64,000 nt of DNA from Candidatus Aminicenantes bacterium UBA6072 (GTDB taxonomy: Bacteria; Acidobacteriota; Aminicenantia; UBA2199): the NCBI GenBank assembly GCA_002436105.1, contig DIXU01000017.1, positions 26,015-90,014 on the forward strand, given 5' to 3'. Below are positions 61,211 through 64,000 of the stretch, piece after piece. Each line of letters begins with the position of its first letter. Positions within the stretch are counted from its first letter, which is position 1. Below the pieces are notes generated by a model, which saw only the letters and a list, made by a program, of their open reading frames with translations, was not told the DNA's origin and did not search any database. A program made the translations under genes and the position numbers.

Positions 61211-62134
61211 ATGAAAGAGATCAGCGAAAACGAGCAGCTGGCGGCGGCGCGGCAGCGGATCGCCCTCCTGACCGCGGAGCTCGAGAACTTCAGCGGCCTG
61301 GCCCGCCACTTCGACCCGCCGCCCAGCGAGCTGCCCGAGGTGCCCTGGATCGACGTCTACGGCGAGTCCCTGCCGCGCAACGGCCAGGCCGGCGGCGACC
61401 ACATCATCTACGTCGACTTCAAGAAACGCTACAAGATGGACAAGCTCATCCGCGAGGCGCCCGAGGAACTGAAGGCGAAGTTGCGCGCGACCGCCGCCCG
61501 GGCCGGCATCACCGTCATCGACGTCGAGGGCCACGACTTCGGCGCCGCCTTCATCGCCTCGGTGTTCCACCAGGCGTTCCTGCTCGGCGTCTCCTACGAG
61601 CTGAAATTCTTCGGCGAGATCACCACCACCCTGTTCGAGAACATCAACACCCGCTTCTTCAACTCGTCAGGCATCAACAAGACCCTGACCATGGTCTACG
61701 GCGAGATCACCGAGCGCGGCACGTTCCGCTTCCTGTCGGCGGCCCACCCGCCGCCGCTGGTGTTCTCCAACAAGTTCGACCGCCTGGTGGCCATCAGCGA
61801 CGCGCAGCTCGTCTCCTTCCCCCAGATCGGCACCATGCCCTCGCGCGGCCACAGCGAGAAGACGGTGCCGCTGCTGGGCGTCAAGGAGAAGTACACGGTC
61901 AACGAGATCAGCCTCATGGGGCAGGGCGACATCCTGCTCCTCTACAGCGACGGCCTCTCCGACCACCGCGATCCCGACGGGAACCCGTATTTCCCCGAAC
62001 GTCTGGAGAGGGTACTCAAAGCCGGCAAGCACCTGCCGGCGCGGGCCATCTTCGCGAAGGTCAAGGCCGACCTGCTCGCCTTCAACCCCGCGCCCGAAGA
62101 CGACGTCACCGTGGTGATCATCAAGAAAACGTGA
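61211..62134 (+). CDS. PP2C-family (SpoIIE/RsbU-like) serine phosphatase with N-terminal coiled coil
   Basis: PPM motifs DVEGHDFGAA and LLLYSDGLSD, and C-terminal VTVVIIK. Starts 4 nt after the dnaE stop. Confidence 0.7.
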   Translation: MKEISENEQLAAARQRIALLTAELENFSGLARHFDPPPSELPEVPWIDVYGESLPRNGQAGGDHIIYVDFKKRYKMDKLIREAPEELKAKLRATAARAGITVIDVEGHDFGAAFIASVFHQAFLLGVSYELKFFGEITTTLFENINTRFFNSSGINKTLTMVYGEITERGTFRFLSAAHPPPLVFSNKFDRLVAISDAQLVSFPQIGTMPSRGHSEKTVPLLGVKEKYTVNEISLMGQGDILLLYSDGLSDHRDPDGNPYFPERLERVLKAGKHLPARAIFAKVKADLLAFNPAPEDDVTVVIIKKT

Positions 62135-62169
62135 ACCCCGGCGGCCCCGGGCCGCCTCCAGGAGGAAGC

Positions 62170-63201
62170 ATGGCAGTGGACACGACATTCGGCAGCGACA
62201 ATCATTCGGGGGTGCACCCGGCGGTACTGGAGGCCATCGCGGCGGCCAACGGCGGTCCGGCGGTGGCCTACGGCCTGGACGGCCACACCGCGGCGGCCCT
62301 GGAAAAGTTCCGCGCCCACTTCGGCAAGTCGGTCGACGCCTACATGGTCTTCAACGGCACCGGGGCCAACGTCATCAGCATATCGACCCTGGCCCGCTCA
62401 TTCCAGGCGGTGATCTGCTCCGAGCACGCCCACATCAACGCCGACGAGTGCGGCGCCCCCGAGAGCGCCACCGGCTGCAAGCTGCTCACCGTGCACACGG
62501 CCGACGGCAAGCTGACGCCGGAGCTGATCTCCCGCCATCTGCAGGGGCGCCTCGACCAGCACCGCGTGCAGCCGGCGGTCGTCTCCATCACCCAGGCCAG
62601 CGAGCTGGGGACGGTGTACAGCGCCGGGGAAGTGAAGGCCATCGCCGATTTCTGCCACGGCCACGACCTCTACCTGCACATGGACGGCGCCAGGCTCTGC
62701 AACGCCGCCGCCTCGCTGAACCTGGGGCTGGGCGAGATCTCGGGCGGGCTCGGCGTCGACATCCTCTCCTTCGGCGGCACCAAGAACGGGCTGCTGATGG
62801 GCGAGGCCGTGGTCAGCTTCCGACCCGAGCTGAGCCGCGACACGATCTTCATCCGCAAGCAGAAGATGCAATTGGCCAGCAAGATGCGCTTCATTGCGGC
62901 CCAGTTCTCCGCCTTTTTCACCGACGACCTGTGGCTGGAGAACGCCCGCCACGCCAACCGCATGGCCGGGCGGCTCGCGGAAAAAGTGAAGCCCATCCCC
63001 GCCGTGAAGATCGTCCAGCCGGTCCAGGCCAACGCCGTGTTCGCCTCCCTGCCGCGCCGGGCCCTGGACAAGCTTCTGGAAAAGTATTTCTTCTACACCT
63101 GGGACGAGGAAAAGTGCGAGGTGCGCTGGATGTGCTCGTGGAACACCTCGGAAAAGCAGGTCGACGACTTCGCCGCGGCGATCGCCGCCAGCTGCCGCTG
63201 A
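62170..63201 (+). CDS. ltaE: low-specificity L-threonine aldolase
   Basis: MAVDTTFGSDNHSGVHPAVLEA N-terminus and PLP-fold motifs. GGAGGAAG RBS. The ORF track merges it into an artefactual 883-aa frame. Confidence 0.8.
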   Translation: MAVDTTFGSDNHSGVHPAVLEAIAAANGGPAVAYGLDGHTAAALEKFRAHFGKSVDAYMVFNGTGANVISISTLARSFQAVICSEHAHINADECGAPESATGCKLLTVHTADGKLTPELISRHLQGRLDQHRVQPAVVSITQASELGTVYSAGEVKAIADFCHGHDLYLHMDGARLCNAAASLNLGLGEISGGLGVDILSFGGTKNGLLMGEAVVSFRPELSRDTIFIRKQKMQLASKMRFIAAQFSAFFTDDLWLENARHANRMAGRLAEKVKPIPAVKIVQPVQANAVFASLPRRALDKLLEKYFFYTWDEEKCEVRWMCSWNTSEKQVDDFAAAIAASCR

Positions 63202-63241
63202 GGCGAACGGAGATCCGCCAGGATCAGTCCCCCCGCTCCGC

Positions 63242-63982
63242 TCACGACCCGGCAAAAAGCAGGGCGTAGGAAAAGAACACCACCACGTCGGGGAGGAAAT
63301 GGATGATCCACGGGGCCAGCATGCCGCGGGTCTCGAGCATGCTGCGGGCCATGATCCAGGCCAGGAAGCCGGTCATGGCGCAGCCGACCAGGCCCGGCGG
63401 CGAGCCGTGCAGCCAGTGGCTCAGGCCGAAGAACACCAGGATGAGCGCCAGCGTGTGCCCCCTGCCGATCACCTCGTGCAGGGTGGAGAGGAGGCTGCAG
63501 CGGAAATAGGCCTCCTCGGTGAAGGCGTTCACCGCCGCCAGGAAGACGCATGCCGGCAAAAGCGGCAGCGCCTTCAGCAAGGCTGATCCCGAAGGGGAGA
63601 TGCCCAGGACGGTCGGGATGAAAACCGCCAGCGCCGCAACGCCGCCGAAGATCCAGGCGAATGCTTTCCAGGACTCCCCCGCCCTGATCCCCAGCCAGCG
63701 GATCGGTTCGACCGGCGCATCCAGCCTGCCCCTGGCCAGGAAGAACGCCCGGCGGTCGCGCTTCATGATCCAGAGGACGGCAAGCACCGCCAGGGCGACA
63801 AGGATATCCAGCACCATGACCGCCGCGAAGCCCTTGAAAAAAGGGACGCCGCGGTAATTGAAATGGCCCTGGAACCAGGCCGTGCCCCGCAGCAGCGAGG
63901 TCAGGCCGAGGGCCAGAAAAAGGGTAAAGAGCACCAGGGCATATTGCCAGAGAGGCCGCAAGGCCCTGCGCATCCGCGTCAT
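63242..63982 (-). CDS. CPBP-family intramembrane metalloprotease (CAAX protease / Abi)
   Basis: EExxxR motif (FTEEAYFRCSL), FxxxH (FFGLSHWLH) and downstream His. 6-7 TM. Confidence 0.7.
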   Translation of the reverse strand: MTRMRRALRPLWQYALVLFTLFLALGLTSLLRGTAWFQGHFNYRGVPFFKGFAAVMVLDILVALAVLAVLWIMKRDRRAFFLARGRLDAPVEPIRWLGIRAGESWKAFAWIFGGVAALAVFIPTVLGISPSGSALLKALPLLPACVFLAAVNAFTEEAYFRCSLLSTLHEVIGRGHTLALILVFFGLSHWLHGSPPGLVGCAMTGFLAWIMARSMLETRGMLAPWIIHFLPDVVVFFSYALLFAGS

Positions 63983-64000
63983 GACGAAGAATGCGGCCAG

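Noticed and set aside
60550-63201. 883-aa ORF spanning the dnaE 3' end, the PP2C gene and the aldolase
   Set aside because: This is an open GC-rich frame. Only the last 343 codons (from ATG 62170 with a GGAGG RBS) form the threonine aldolase.

Overview
High-GC (~65-70%) bacterial chromosomal window. The gene content and paralogy pattern suggest an Acidobacteria-like organism (inference only). The window is mostly housekeeping and envelope genes, with tight, often overlapping gene junctions.

Main gene blocks:
- 1-12.5 kb: an array of five tandem ~800-aa double-FtsX (MacB-type) ABC permeases. It contains only one ABC ATPase and two small acidic proteins of unknown function.
- 12.7-16.9 kb: a minus-strand block of MFS transporter, M90/MtfA-like peptidase, a secreted protein and a small OMP-like protein.
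- 18.9-20.4 kb: a dprA / ComF-like phosphoribosyltransferase pair.
- 21.0-26.6 kb: an MBL hydrolase, a tricorn-type S41 protease and a peptidase-MA-like protein.
- 26.9-33.8 kb: a translationally coupled envelope operon on the minus strand: bamA-skp-fabZ-lpxA-lpxI, a Gfo/Idh/MocA (GnnA-like) oxidoreductase and a beta-lactamase-fold hydrolase.
- 34.7-41.6 kb: dtd, yjbQ, AMMECR1, rarA, a deoxyhypusine-synthase-like protein, pgsA and tsaC.
- 41.6-51.0 kb: pyruvate:ferredoxin oxidoreductase with a DRTGG/Pta-N-like protein, and an AcrAB-type RND pair.
- 51.2-55.2 kb: a signalling block of PAP2 phosphatase, TPR-GGDEF cyclase and Hanks kinase.
- 55.3-64.0 kb: mutM, guaA, dnaE, a PP2C phosphatase, threonine aldolase and a CPBP protease.

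The most unusual signal is non-coding. Seven AT-rich intergenic islands are built from degenerate tandem 6-8-mers that mostly share a GTGAC/GTCAC core. Several islands are near-copies of one another in inverted orientation. The inner pair (18.5 kb vs 26.7 kb, ~188 bp, near-identical) lies inside an outer pair (17.4 kb vs 34.4 kb, ~165 bp). Other islands form long hairpins between convergent genes. The ORFs inside these islands are artefacts.

No rRNA, tRNA, CRISPR, transposase or integrase could be recognised.
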